From the NCBI GenBank assembly GCA_964016885.1, contig OZ024740.1, positions 357,430,001-357,494,000 on the forward strand: a stretch of DNA of 64,000 nucleotides, given 5' to 3'. Shown in pieces: positions 24,298 through 38,084 of this stretch (position 1 is its first letter; each line of letters begins with the position of its first letter). A model generated the notes under the pieces. That model searched no databases and was not told where the DNA came from. It saw only the letters and a program-made list of their open reading frames with translations. Source of the stretch: Eledone cirrhosa (Eukaryota). The translations under genes and the position numbers were made by a program.

Positions 24298-26585
24298 GTG
24301 CTCAAATTATTATAACCTATATTCATGTACGCAACAAATATGATCATATATAGAAAAAAGTGGAGAAATTCAGAAAAGATAGGCGTGGCAACAATATCAA
24401 ATTGCTCCAATAAGATTCATCCTCATTCTTTTTGTTTGCATGGCAGAATATGACCCCAAATAATACAAAACAATGAAAATACAAAAGTTCTCTCCCACTC
24501 ATGCAGAGATCTTTATACTATTGAAGGTTTCCTCTATGCCGTCATCTGACCTGCTAAAAATAGCAGCCAAATTTTCCCAAATCTTACCACCCCATCTTTA
24601 AAAAAATGGAAGGACACGTTGGATAATTCATGGTCTGAAATAAAAGACTGGATGGTGACCATTTGAATGCGTTTAGCAACTGGTCCACTTAATCAAGGCT
24701 AATCTAAGATTAAAAAACAACAGCTGTTATATTTTTTAGCAAGACAACATCTTAACCAAAGATCTATAATATATTTTATTAAAAGAATTTTGATATAAAG
24801 AAATTCTATATATATAGGAGATTGCCATTCATAGAATACACTGGGAAACAAAAGCCAATCTAACCAACTGCTTCCTTTTCATGTTAGTTACTGTCAAAAC
24901 CTCTGGTCTCCTTGTTCCCTGAACTGCCCTTTTGCTTTGAAAAATTGGAAGGTGTACATCCTACATTAGGAAGACGCCCCTCAAAATGAAATAGCTGATG
25001 CTGTGGGTGTTGCTGGCTGATCTCTGCAACAATGATTTCCCCATCTTGTCCACAGAGCGTAACTGTGATATATTTCCTACAAAGAGCTGTAGAGTCTGCT
25101 CTTTGGCCCCACTTCACTTTACTTTCATTATATTTTATTTTATTATGATTTATAATAAAGTAGATGCTTGCATATAAGATGTAGTAATCTGAGAAATTAT
25201 TAATAGATAAATTTCTTCTGTGTCTCAAGAATGAAAACATTTGATTTTTATAGTATGTTTTGTGCTAAATCCAAATATGTTTGTAGCAGTGCTCTATTTG
25301 GAGATGTTTTTGTGCAGCAGACAATTCAATTTTCAATTTTGCTAGGCAAGTTTAACAAAATAAGATTGAAGAGACATAACTGTAGTTTAAAAAGTATCTT
25401 GGTTTGATTTTTTTCTGTGCTTTCCTACAGACATGTCTTTTATAAGATTCTAGCAGTACTCAGCAAGGCTATTGGAACCCCAGTTGCCTTGGTAGCACTT
25501 TTCCATGGTAGAAATATCCTGATGAGAATGCTTATCACATTCAGGTTTTCCAGAAAAATATTTGATTGAGAATCCAAGAAATGAACTTTTATATTTGATC
25601 CCTCACTATTTCAGAATAGTTTTCCATTTTCAAAAATGGAATGGACCTCTGTCTGTTTTAATGATGAGTGGTCTGTTTGTTCAATCAACAGAACAGCTTG
25701 CTCAAGAAATTAATAATTAAGCATTCCACAGATATTCTTAACATTATTCTCAGGGAGATTCAGCATGACACAGTGTGTAACAAGGCAGGCCCTTTGAGTT
25801 ACAGATACAGTCTGTCTGACAGGCTTTCAAACTGTTTCCCTCTACCAAATTTCACTCACAAAACATTGGTCGAGTCAAGGATACGGATGAAACTTGCCTA
25901 AGATATCAGGCAATGAGATCTAACTTGGGACCTCATAATTGAGAAACAAACTTGTTCATCCTTTAACCATACTGTCTCCACTTTACAAAGTTTCCACTTC
26001 AGACATTTTACCATACAGCTTTTACAATTTCATTCAACTCTCCTTCACATTTCTCATATCTTAATCTTCTGATTTGAGGACCATCAAAATGCATTCTTTA
26101 ATCTTGGCATTGCTGATCAGGGGAAATTTATTTTTAAAGATTTGTTTAATTCCAAGCTTGATGTGAAAAAGCAGAAGGAACACCTTCCCAGAGTCAACAA
26201 GTAAACTGATGAAGACGTTTTTCTTGCCTGAAACAAATAAAATATAGTTTGACCAATTCTTCAGTAGTACAAATATAATTCACTACCCTCACTTAATTCC
26301 AATAAATGAATGAATGACAATATAAAAGTGTATCAATCATCATGGAGCCTCTGGAAATAGGGAAGTAGATACAGAAGATAGATTTCTGTTTAACTGTTAC
26401 ACTAATTTCAATCTCTATTTCAACAGGTCAGTATTCACCACTATGGGCTCTACTGATCATAGTCTCAAGTTCTTTACTATTGAGCCCCTCCCCAACATTT
26501 CACCCTGCAGGAGTTAACCCACTATTCACACACTTTACACTCCAATTACTATGAATGTTCAAAGTTTAAACTAAGCATTAATCAC

Positions 26586-26746
26586 ACTAGAAGAGGAAGA
26601 CCAAGGTTAACGTATGTTGATGCCCTAAGGACAGACACTGGTCTGTTGGAGACGCAGGGCATGGCAGCGATAATGAGGGACAGAGACTGCTGGAGAGAAC
26701 TCGTCCATGGATCTCGGGAATTTTACCTGCCTTAGATAGATAGATT
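26586..26746 (+). mobile_element. RTE-type 3' end with (TAGA)n tail
   Basis: RRGRPRLTYVDALRTDTGL...MRDRDCWRELV..* then TAGATAGATAGA. Confidence 0.7.
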
Positions 26747-28329
26747 AATCACATTCACTTTACATATGTCTCTAATTATTGGTGCAAAGCAGGCTAGAAA
26801 AGCAATTGAGCTGAACATCGACTATATCAATGTCACCAATCTAGAAGGATGTGCATGTGATATTAACACTCCTTCCTACTGACTAAGCTATAAAGAGAGA
26901 AAATATATGCATAGTACACTTTCCTTTCCCAAAATCAGCACAACTGGTTGATAACATTAATTATACTATGACTAGTAGCAGAACCTGGCCTTTCCTAGAT
27001 TTATAGAAAATAGTAAGAAAGAATAACATACTCTATGACTTTATTCTTTGAAAATAAGTGCCACTATGCACAATTTTAGAGACTTAGATACAAGGCTGTG
27101 GTCTCCAATTCAGAATATAAATATATTTACTTTTATATATTAAAATATCCCTACAGATAGTACCCTATACTATAACTATTTATGGTGTCTATTTGCAGCT
27201 AAGTGGAATAATTTGGATTTTTGCTGAAAACAAGCCAGCACAAAATGGCTGATATGGTACATATAATTGATTTCATTCATAATACCAGCAACCACCCTGA
27301 TAACACTGTGCAGTAACAAGCTTGTCACAAATATTTGATGGATACTTTAAGAGTGTTGAATCTAAAAATGTCAGATTGTTCTTAGCAGGATGAATGTTCT
27401 TTTATTGCTATGTTTATTTTTTTCCTCACTTATTCGATAATAAATAGCATAGTAATTAACTCTTAACACCCTGCAATGATTTACAAGAAAATATTGAAAT
27501 AACAAGTTTGTTAATTGAAATGTTTATCATACATTTTCATTGTGAAAATTTGCAGTAAACTAAAGACTTTATTTTCTAATATGACACAATCATAGCGTTG
27601 TTTTGAACTTTCTAAGAATGTCTTGCTAATGTGGTTTCATGTGGTACAGGACAATAACAGTCAATATAACTATGATTAACGATTTTTATATTAATATGCT
27701 GTATTAATTTTTATGTATTAATGTTCATGTATAATTATTACTATATATTCCTTTATGGAGACAGTTATGGTAATGCTGTCAGGTTAAATTCGGTCTGGCA
27801 GCAGACTGTGCCAGTTAAATTATTGCAATATGCTTAGTAGACTTGAGCCTAGAACGTATGTAAAGCAGCTCTAAGTCAGTTTGCTTTTTTTTTTCCTTTT
27901 TTTTTTAATGACCAAATGAGGTTTATTTTTAACCATAGTCCCTGGAAAGAAACAATGCAGTTATTAATAAGAAGAGTCGAAATGGTGTGGTAAATAAATA
28001 TATACATATACATCAGGTCCAAACACAATGGAACCAAACTCCCACTGTCACTGCTTCTGTCTCCCCTGTTCTCCCCATCTCTCATAGCTTTTAAAACCAT
28101 GACTTGTAAGTGCCATAGTGTCAACAGCTAGTGTGTGTAGCTCCTTGTTGATTTTCTACCAGTGCTGTATTCATACAGATGCTTTGTCATGTCATAGAAA
28201 TGTCTGGATCACTCTAAATCACTACTCCTACTGTTATATAAGTGTTAATCTACCTTTAAAATCCTTGAAACATAACATTAAATCATTAGTCAAAAATGTT
28301 ATGAACATCATTTCGAATGTAAAGTGAGA

Positions 28330-29020
28330 GATCAGAACAAGAATTGGGCTCCTCATATTTGTCGTCTGACAAATTAAGGCAACTAATAGAATAGTTAAAC
28401 AGTTCACATTTCATGCTAATTGTTATTCCAATGATTTGGAGGGAACCCAAAGATCACACAATGAAGCTGGAGCATATGATGTGAAAACAATGAAGACATT
28501 TCTGATCTAACATTCCAGGTTACTTGTTACTCTAATAAAACTTCTGTACTGTCACAAGAAGATTTAAAGGATCTTCTCCATGAACTGAACTTTTCTAAGG
28601 AGCAAACTCAACTTTTAGGTTCAAGATTGAAAAGTTGGAATCTACTGCAATGTAATACTAATATATCACATTTCTCACATGAAGAGGGACTTGGGCTTTG
28701 TAAAAATGTTAATTCAGTGATGTAGTTCTTGTTTATTAACGTGAGATAGATAAGTAGTAATTGTTCCTTGATTCCTCAAAAGTCAGCATGAAAACAGTCC
28801 TTCTGTATTACAGAAATAAATTCTTTCCTATCCCCATAACATTGTGAATATAAAAGAATCATGCAATATAGAATTTCTTTTAGAAAAGGTTCAGTATCAG
28901 AAACTGGAATGGAATATCTGTGTCAATATTTACATTACACTTTTACTATGGTTGCAACTCAGTTAGACCAAGTATTGAAGGTTTTTTGTATGAGTGGGAC
29001 AGCACAGACAAGCAAAACTC
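28330..29020 (+). pseudogene. Decayed DNA-transposon transposase (WAPH/WREP..DH/FIDSSK..LKAVLL family)
   Basis: Fragments DQNKNWAPHIC, IPMIWREPKDH, SQEDLKDLLHELNFSKEQTQLLGSRLKSWNLL, LFLDSSKVSMKTVLL, YQKLEWNIC, FLYEWDS, with many stops and frameshifts. Superfamily assignment uncertain. Confidence 0.75.
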
Positions 29021-32000
29021 CACTCTTCATACCCAAATCATGTTTTTATTTCTAATAGAAGTGAACTGTATCCTTTCATACAATACATATATACTCTTAA
29101 TGAAATGTATCACTCCATAGTATATATATACTACTAGATGAACAGGATCTCATGGACTACATTTATGTGCTAGGAAGACAATGTAACATTAATGACAGAA
29201 TACATATCCTTGATATTTTTGTTTTAACAGCCTAACAACCCAGTCAGTTGTAGCTCTCTTATTTCTGAACTAATTTAAGTAGATCCCCCTACCAGTATGG
29301 TTTAGAAGTTCACTTTTAAAGCATGTAGATCCTGATTTAGTCCTACAAGTGTCTTCTACTATAGCTTCAGGCCGGTCAATGCCTTGTGACTGAATTTGGT
29401 AAATAGGAACTCTGTGAAAGCCCATCATTTGAATGTATGTGTGGGTTTATGTATGTATTCACCTCTAAAACTAATACACTGGAAACTATAGGTTGATATC
29501 AGGAAGGGCATCTGACTAGAAATTTGCCTTGCATACAGCAAAGCAGCAAGCAGGATATAGTTCACTTATTCCTGACCATCTCCTTTCCTCCTTCTCCTGA
29601 TTCCTACCAAATTTTGCACTTATTTTATTTCCTTCATGAACCTGGAGCTCCCCTGATAGCCACGTATGACTGTGTATTGTTATGATATTATTTAAAAACT
29701 CAAGAAAATTTAGATCAACCTTACATATTCTCACACGTAGCCCAAAACCCGAGTGTTTCATATTTTTAACCAGAAACCTGTCCTCGCTTCTTTTCTTCCT
29801 TTCTTTATTTCATTTGTTTTTATTGTGGGTTAAATAAATGTGCTGTGAAGTTAACATCATTGATTACAAAAAAGAAGTTTGGGAACCACTGACCTAAATA
29901 GATGACTCATCTCAATCAAGTTATTTTATCTGGCTTTACAACTTGTAGAAAACAATTTCCCCCCTTTTATTTAATTTTACACCTACCTTATATATTTATT
30001 TATTTATTTATTAGTAGTGTTAAGTGTTTTACCGGAGTGTAACAAGATAATGCAGGCTCAGAAGATTAGTCTAGCAATAATAGTTGCTTAAAAGTTATCT
30101 CAAGTCAATAATCCAGATTCTGAGAAATACATTACCACTAAATACTTAATTTTATTCACAACTTCATACAATATACATACTATAATCCCACAATCATGGC
30201 TTAATGGTGAAGAAGTTTGTTTTGCAAGCATGCTCTGCAAGATTCTAGGTTCGATCTCATTGTATGACATATTAGGCAAGTATCATTTACCATAGCTTCA
30301 TGTCGAACCAACCCTTCTAGGTGAAATTAAGTAGAGAGAAACTGTATGGAAACCCATTTGAGGGATTGAACTTATAGTTCAAAGATACAGCTTTGTCACC
30401 CTGATTCAGCCTAAGAATTACATGAATGGTAAATATCTGCAGAATTCTCAGCCACTTACAATTTAATTTATCCAGTAGGAATTCAGTTAGTCAGGCAACT
30501 GAATGTTCATCATAGAAACTGGTGGAGGGCCCATCAGTCAACTGTAACAACAGGATAGAGTTTTAGAAGATTAGTCTTGTATTAATTGTTGTTTAAATGT
30601 TTTATGAAGTCACTAATCTTTATTTGATGCCATCAAAGGGTAGTGAGGACTTGACAACTGTGTTAAAGACATGACATGACAATCTCCCTAATCTTGATGA
30701 GCTATACAATAAATGTACGCAGTACATTCTGTGGAGAGGTTGATGATAGGAAGGGCATCCAGCTATAGAAAAAACCTGCCAAACAAAGGGCCAAGAGGAC
30801 TCTTCAGCTTTGTGAAAGACATGATACACTCTAGTGTTGATGCCATGATAAAATGCACTCAGTAATGTGTGGAAATGTATGTAAATGAGATGCAGGTCCC
30901 AGCCCTGTCCAAGCACTTGTTAGAGTGTAGGGGCACATGAAAGCAAGATTAAGGCCCCTGACCCATCTTAGAGCACTGTGGCTCTTATTAAGTACTAAGT
31001 TGATCTGTGACGACCTATTCATCTTGCTAGGAGGGAAAACAGACGTTAAATGATGATAAAGATAATCATGATTATTGGTATCAGGTATGCTATCATATTA
31101 CCATATCCCCATATCACCATATTATGATATTGTAATACAAGCATTCAATCATACTGTAATTTCATCAAACTGTTATACAGTCATGTAGTTGTTCAATCTT
31201 GTCATCATACAATTATACCATCATACCGTTAGCCCATCAAATTGTCATGTCAATATTGTCACACCCATAGCGTATGTAAATCGTAGAGCATTACAGCAGT
31301 GTTTTTTTGTTGTATCATGTGTTTGAGTGGTGTTGCTGGTGTCTTTGTTGTTGTAGTTGGTGGGAGTTAATGAGGTGGTACCAACAGTAAATGTGGTAGT
31401 GGCAGTGGTGGTGTTGGTGTTGGTGCTGTTTGGTGTTAATGGTGATGGTGGTGGTGGTGGTGGTGGTAGTGGTAATAGTTATGTAACATCTTACGTCATC
31501 TTAGTAGGTTCAATGTAAGATATAATGCAATTGTGCATTATATCAATAGTGCTTGGTATATTTTTTAAATATACTTATCAGGCTTATTGTAACAAATTTG
31601 CTCTCACTTTGATCATGTTGTGTTCTCAATAGCTTCTCAATATGCTCAAATCAGAAATAGAGACCCTAACACAGATGGTTAACCCCCTTCACACCAAACT
31701 TTTGAAACCACCCTGGATCTGATGATGCAAGACTGTTCATTTTAAAACATTTATCCTTAAATTCTGTCATAATTTTATTTTAGACCTTTTTATAAGGTTA
31801 TGTCCTAAATATCTGCTTACAAATGAAAAACTTAGTTATTTTATGAAATCCTTCCAAATTTTTGGTTATTTTCAAAATTAATTGTAACACATAGGTAGTT
31901 CATTTCATTAGAAATATGGTAATAAAATGGTTAAAGGAATGCCCGTTGTTGTTTTTACCAGTATTTCTTTCAATTTCACTGTTGCTATTCACTTTGGTAT

Positions 32001-32170
32001 TATTCATAAATTTCAGTGCTATTTCTAACTTAAGCACAAAAGCCACAAGGTATGGTTAATTTCATATACTCCAGTACTTCTTTCTTTCTTTTCCTGTCAT
32101 ATAATGCCTGATTGTCTGCAAATACATGATAAACAGTTATGACATATGTGTATGTATATATAAAAGCTAA

Positions 32171-32269
32171 CAGAAGTCTGATGAGGTTTTGATTCCAGAG
32201 TCGAGCCTGATCGATAGAGATCAAACCTTGAGCTGATCAATCATGAAACGCCTGTCACACCTGAATAAA
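32171..32269 (+). ncRNA. Degenerate type I hammerhead ribozyme motif (Penelope-like remnant)
   Basis: CTGATGA(32178)...GAAAC-GCCT-GTC followed by AATAAA. Stem I (CAGAAGT/ACACCTG) is only partly paired. Confidence 0.5.
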
Positions 32270-32551
32270 CACAATGAAAATTTGACACCTCATCCATGCT
32301 TATATATATATAATACAGATTCTCCTTTGATTTTCCTTCACAATTTTCTGCTTATAATCGCTCTGCTTATATCATTTGCATATTAATTCTTCTTAAATAC
32401 TAATGTTGCTTTAATAAGCATTTAATATTGCAACTTCAAGCATTGAACATACTTTGCTTACGTATAAGGCATGTAACATAATATATCGTTCTATACACTC
32501 CGGCAAATTTGTGATATAATACTTCTATTTTATATATATATATGTGTGTGT

Positions 32552-32782
32552 GTAGGTGTCACAAAAAAAACACACAGTCCACGCTGTAATGTGGCCGTGT
32601 AGGTAACACGGTAAAAACCTCCCAGTCCACACTGTAAACGTGGTTGATGTTAGGAAGGGCATCCAGCCGTAGAAAACCCGCCAGACAATCCTATACGAGC
32701 AAGACATCCAATCTTGCCTCAAGTGGGAAAACTCCCGTCCAAACCCATGCAAGCATGGAAGATGGACGTTAAACGATGATGA

Positions 32783-32787
<5 letters not shown>
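32552..32787 (+). mobile_element. RTE 3' UTR-only copy
   Basis: Matches 14330-14562; (GAT)n tail. Confidence 0.85.
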
Positions 32788-32828
<41 letters not shown>

Positions 32829-32865
32829 GATATTAAACAAATGGAAACTATATTTATAAAACCAT

Positions 32866-32940
32866 ATTTATTTCATTATACATATTTCAGGGATACCATA
32901 TTAAAAATATGGCATGCCTTCGTCAGATAAAATACAATAT
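32866..32940 (-). ncRNA. Type I hammerhead ribozyme motif in outer 3' pLTR
   Basis: TATTTTAT-CTGACGA-AGGCATGCCATAT(TTTTA)ATATGGTATCCCT-GAAA-TATGTA-TA-ATGAAATA. Confidence 0.8.
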
Positions 32941-33304
32941 ATAAACAGTTTTATAAATAATTTTGACGTACCATAAATATAAGTGACCATTAAGGTAGGA
33001 AGCTGGCTTGGTAGTGAAGTGTTTATAATTATTTAGTTATAGTGTTAAGCACAGTTAGAAAGAAAGACGGAGAGAAAGAAGAAATCTATGTAAAGAAAAA
33101 CAGAGAGAAATAGAGAGAAATAGGAGAGAGAGAAAGAAGGAGGAGGTGAAAAAAGAGAGGCAACCGAAGACAACAGATGAATAATAATAATTCACCATAC
33201 AAATAGAGAGATTTAAGAGAGAGGGAGTACGGTAATTATTTAGTTATAGTGTTAAGCACAGTTAGAGAAGAGACGGAGAGAAAGAAAAAAATGGAGATGA
33301 AGAG

Positions 33305-33358
<54 letters not shown>

Positions 33359-34058
33359 AGGAAAAGAAAGAGGGAGAAAAAATAATAATAATTATATAGG
33401 GAGAGGTGAAAACCAAGAGAGAAATAAGAGAGAAACATGAGAGGCAAAGTCAAAGCGACAGATACATAAACTTCATCATATATAAAGAGAGAGGAGAAGA
33501 AAGAGCTATATCTAGAGAGAGGAGAAGAAAGAGCTATATCTAGAGAGAGGGATGATACAGTTACATCTTTACGTCATGTCCTATCAATTTGAATTATCAA
33601 TTCATATGAACTGGGTAATATAATGTAAATATCAATATTCATGAATGAGACATAGATATATAATGTGTGAAAATAATTTTGCTCAATAATGACCATATGT
33701 TTAGTTTAAAACTCTGAGGTCAATGTACCAAAATCTGAGATAAATCTTCAAAAAAATTACCCTATTTATAAAAATACGGAGATATATATGTATATATATA
33801 TATACGTATATGCACTTTCTGAAAAAAGAAAAAGAGAAAGTTATGTCAAGCTCTAGTCGATAATATAGACATACACATGACTTTACGTGATCAACTCTAT
33901 AATTTCTTATGTCATAAAAAAATTTCCTTGTGTTATAAAAAATTTCACTATATATATATACATAAAAAATAAACGATTAATATTCATGCCCTCACACATA
34001 TGATTATCGTTCATGTATATAATAGTATGCATATCTGTAACATATACAGAACTATACC

Positions 34059-34131
<73 letters not shown>

Positions 34132-34276
34132 TATTTTCCGTTGTGTTGTAATATAAATATTACACACAGTAGATTATCAGCTCACGTAGAGTTTGCTCGA
34201 CGGTTCCAGTTGTAGTTCCAAAAGTAATCCGGAGAAAAATAGAAAGATTTGAATGGATACAGTTTAGTTGAAAGGA

Positions 34277-34401
34277 ATTTATTGACACGTGTTTCTATAA
34301 CAGTTACATAACCTAAAACAGCTGCTATCTACAAACTTTTAGTTATGCAGACATTCAATATTTCAATGTTATTATTTACTGTCATTTCATCAGAATAATA
34401 T
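34277..34401 (-). ncRNA. Hammerhead ribozyme motif (inverted copy, inner PLE)
   Basis: Reverse complement of 37317-37441. Confidence 0.78.
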
Positions 34402-34954
34402 TACTGAGGACCTATTTAGTTTTTATAGAGAATATTAGGAGGGAGGGGTGAAGTTGTTAGAAGAATAGTTGAAGGAGTGGTTTTTCGATAGCAGTGAGAA
34501 TTCTTGGTGGCAGTGAGTAATTAGATTCCCATCTGTTGTTTTGACATTTTTTATAGAATATATTATTGGTTATTTTTCTAAATCTATAGAAGGATTAGAG
34601 ATAGTAAAGATATGCGTGGTTGGTTTTGTGTTTGCACTTAATTAACATTCAGACTTAAATTTTTCTTTCAAGTGTACGTATCCTTTCACCCACGCATTCA
34701 CACACAAATATATTTGCACACCTCTACAAAATACATATACTCACAATTCACATATTCATACTTACATATATATACACATGCATACACATATATATACACA
34801 CATGTATTCATGTACATACATACGCGCTCATGTGTATACATTTTCATACTCAACTTATCTTTATATACACACGTATAGACACACACATATATACATACAT
34901 ACTCTAGTCCATGTGTACACACATACACATACATACACATCTATATACACATAT

Positions 34955-35035
<81 letters not shown>

Positions 35036-35260
35036 CACTTTAATACATGAATACACTTACATCTAACTATACACATCAAACATATATATATATTTACTTA
35101 TTTATATACATTTTCACATATATATTCATACTTATGGACGTTTTTAGACACATTCATTATCGCATATTTGCACCTATTCTCATCAGCATATCTTTCCATT
35201 ATTAGTGTGGTAATTTAAGGTTATTAATATATGTTGAGAAGAGATTGTTTTTATATTTTT

Positions 35261-36383
35261 AAAACTCAATTTAAACTCTGGTTTGATTAAACCGTTTCAT
35301 AAATTGAATGAAAATCTCAAATACGTAAATGTTGGGTCTAACCACCCCATCTCTATAATTAAATCTATCCCTAAAAATATTTCCCTTAGAATCTCGGGTC
35401 TATCTTCTAACATACAAGTATTTAAGGAACACGCCGAGTACTACGATAACGCCCTTAGTAAAGCAGGCTACCTCAACAAAATAGAGTACATAGATGGGAA
35501 CAATCAAAACACCCAAAATAAATCCCACATAGGTAGATATAATAACACAACACCAAACCACACTTACTACCATAGTATGCACACCAGTAAACCAACAAAC
35601 AAAACTAATAGAAAGCGATGCAAAGAGTACTTATGGTATAACCCCGAATACAATAGTTCCATTAGTACAAATTTACCAGTACTCTTCTTTAAAATAATTA
35701 AAAGACATTTTCCTACATCACACAAATACCACAAAATCCTAAACCCTACCACTATAAGACTGTCATACTCTACAGCGTTAAACCTTGAACAACACATAAA
35801 AAAGATCAATACTAGAAGGTTAAACGAAAACACTAAAAACTTAAGTACAAAGAACACAAAAAAAACAGTAGACAATACACTACAGAACATAAATAAACCA
35901 CACCTAAGTTCGTCCGCAATACTACTCCAGAGAAAACCCAACGTACACAACTGTAACTGCACCTATCCTGACAACTGCCCCCTCGGCAATAACTGCCTGG
36001 AAAAAAATATTATTTATAAGTGTACCATTAAATTCGGAGGCAACGAGTGGTATTACGTGGGATCAACGGCAACATCGTTTAAATCTCGATTGTATAGGCA
36101 TTCTTACTCAATAAAACACCAGAGCCAAAGAAATGTAACAACTTTAGCAGAAAAAGCTTGGACGCTCAGGGATAGCGATCAAAAGTTTACCCTAAAATGG
36201 GAGAAATTAGCTAAAACCCAAAGCTTTTCCAGGAGCCAAAATTTCTGCAAATTGTGTAATCTTGAGATTTATTACATAATCACACACAAGAAGAAACTGC
36301 TGAATAACAGAATTGAACGAACATTATTCTGCCGTCACAGAACTAAAACCGTTTTTTCCCACTACAAGCCGAATATTACATAA
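35261..36383 (+). CDS. PLE ORF remnant: RT thumb, linker and GIY-YIG endonuclease (5'-truncated, open)
   Basis: PFHKLNENLKYVNVGSNHP, LWYNPEY, HFP..HKYHKI, CNC..CPLGNNCL, NIIYKC..WYYVGST, FKSRLYRH, CKLCNLE, CRH. Confidence 0.9.
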
Positions 36384-36650
36384 AAGAGGGACATCCCCCA
36401 ACTATATAAACCTTAATCTAGTTAGAAAAATATAAAAACAATCTCTTCTCAACATATATTAATAACCTTAAATTACCACACTAATAATGGAAAGATATGC
36501 TGATGAGAATAGGTGCAAATATGCGATAATGAATGTGTCTAAAAACGTCCATAAGTATGAATATATATGTGAAAATGTATATAAATAAGTAAATATATAT
36601 ATATGTTTGATGTGTATAGTTAGATGTAAGTGTATTCATGTATTAAAGTG

Positions 36651-36763
<113 letters not shown>

Positions 36764-37316
36764 ATATGTGTATATAGATGTGTATGTATGTGTATGTGTG
36801 TACACATGGACTAGAGTATGTATGTATATATGTGTGTGTCTATACGTGTGTATATAAAGATAAGTTGAGTATGAAAATGTATACACATGAGCGCGTATGT
36901 ATGTACATGAATACATGTGTGTATATATATGTGTATGCATGTGTATATATATGTAAGTATGAATATGTGAATTGTGAGTATATGTATTTTGTAGAGGTGT
37001 GCAAATATATTTGTGTGTGAATGCGTGGGTGAAAGGATACGTACACTTGAAAGAAAAATTTAAGTCTGAATGTTAATTAAGTGCAAACACAAAACCAACC
37101 ACGCATATCTTTACTATCTCTAATCCTTCTATAGATTTAGAAAAATAACCAATAATATATTCTATAAAAAATGTCAAAACAACAGATGGGAATCTAATTA
37201 CTCACTGCCACCAAGAATTCTCACTGCTATCGAAAAACCACTCCTTCAACTATTCTTCTAACAACTTCACCCCTCCCTCCTAATATTCTCTATAAAAACT
37301 AAATAGGTCCTCAGTA

Positions 37317-37441
37317 ATATTATTCTGATGAAATGACAGTAAATAATAACATTGAAATATTGAATGTCTGCATAACTAAAAGTTTGTAGATAGCAGCTGT
37401 TTTAGGTTATGTAACTGTTATAGAAACACGTGTCAATAAAT
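37317..37441 (+). ncRNA. Type I hammerhead ribozyme motif with long branched stem II
   Basis: TTATT-CTGATGA(37325)-A-ATGACAGT...ACTGTTAT-A-GAAA-CACGTG-TC(37434)-AATAA, with palindromic stem III. Confidence 0.82.
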
Positions 37442-37473
37442 TCCTTTCAACTAAACTGTATCCATTCAAATCT

Positions 37474-37519
<46 letters not shown>

Positions 37520-38084
37520 ATATATAAGATATCTGCGTGAGTGTTCCAGCATCTCTATGCACACATACAGGCACATGAACAGATAAAATATACTCTGTAA
37601 TCTTTCCATATGCATGTTAATACATATGGCCTTTGTATAGAGATAACCAGATATCAATATATCAGCACAGAAATATCAAAACGTTAAAATATTTTCAACA
37701 GACCCTAGGGTATCTCAGGCCACAAAGACAGTATGCTTCATATATTTACCACAGAAATCTATCCTTCCAATTTTTCAGACAATATATTGCAAAGTTCTTT
37801 AGAAGCAATCAGAATCAAAAAGCAAATAAAAAACCAAAAATTATTTAACAAAAATTATTTAAAGGATTTAGAAGACCCTGTGGTTCTACGGATGCTCTTA
37901 TATTTAGTATAGAAATTTATCTTGCGTAAAATTTATTTAATACATTGGGAGCATCTACATTTTAGAGTAGTTTAATTACATCATTTGTTTATATTTATGA
38001 AGAAGATTTAAAAGAAAAAGTTGAAGGAATCGAAAGATTTATCGTCAGGTTTCATACATTAATTAAATTTCTTAATTAATTATA

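Noticed and set aside
26206-26250. CTGATGA...GAAAC hammerhead-like words (also 1282-1302)
   Set aside because: Stems II/III or the cleavage triplet cannot be formed.
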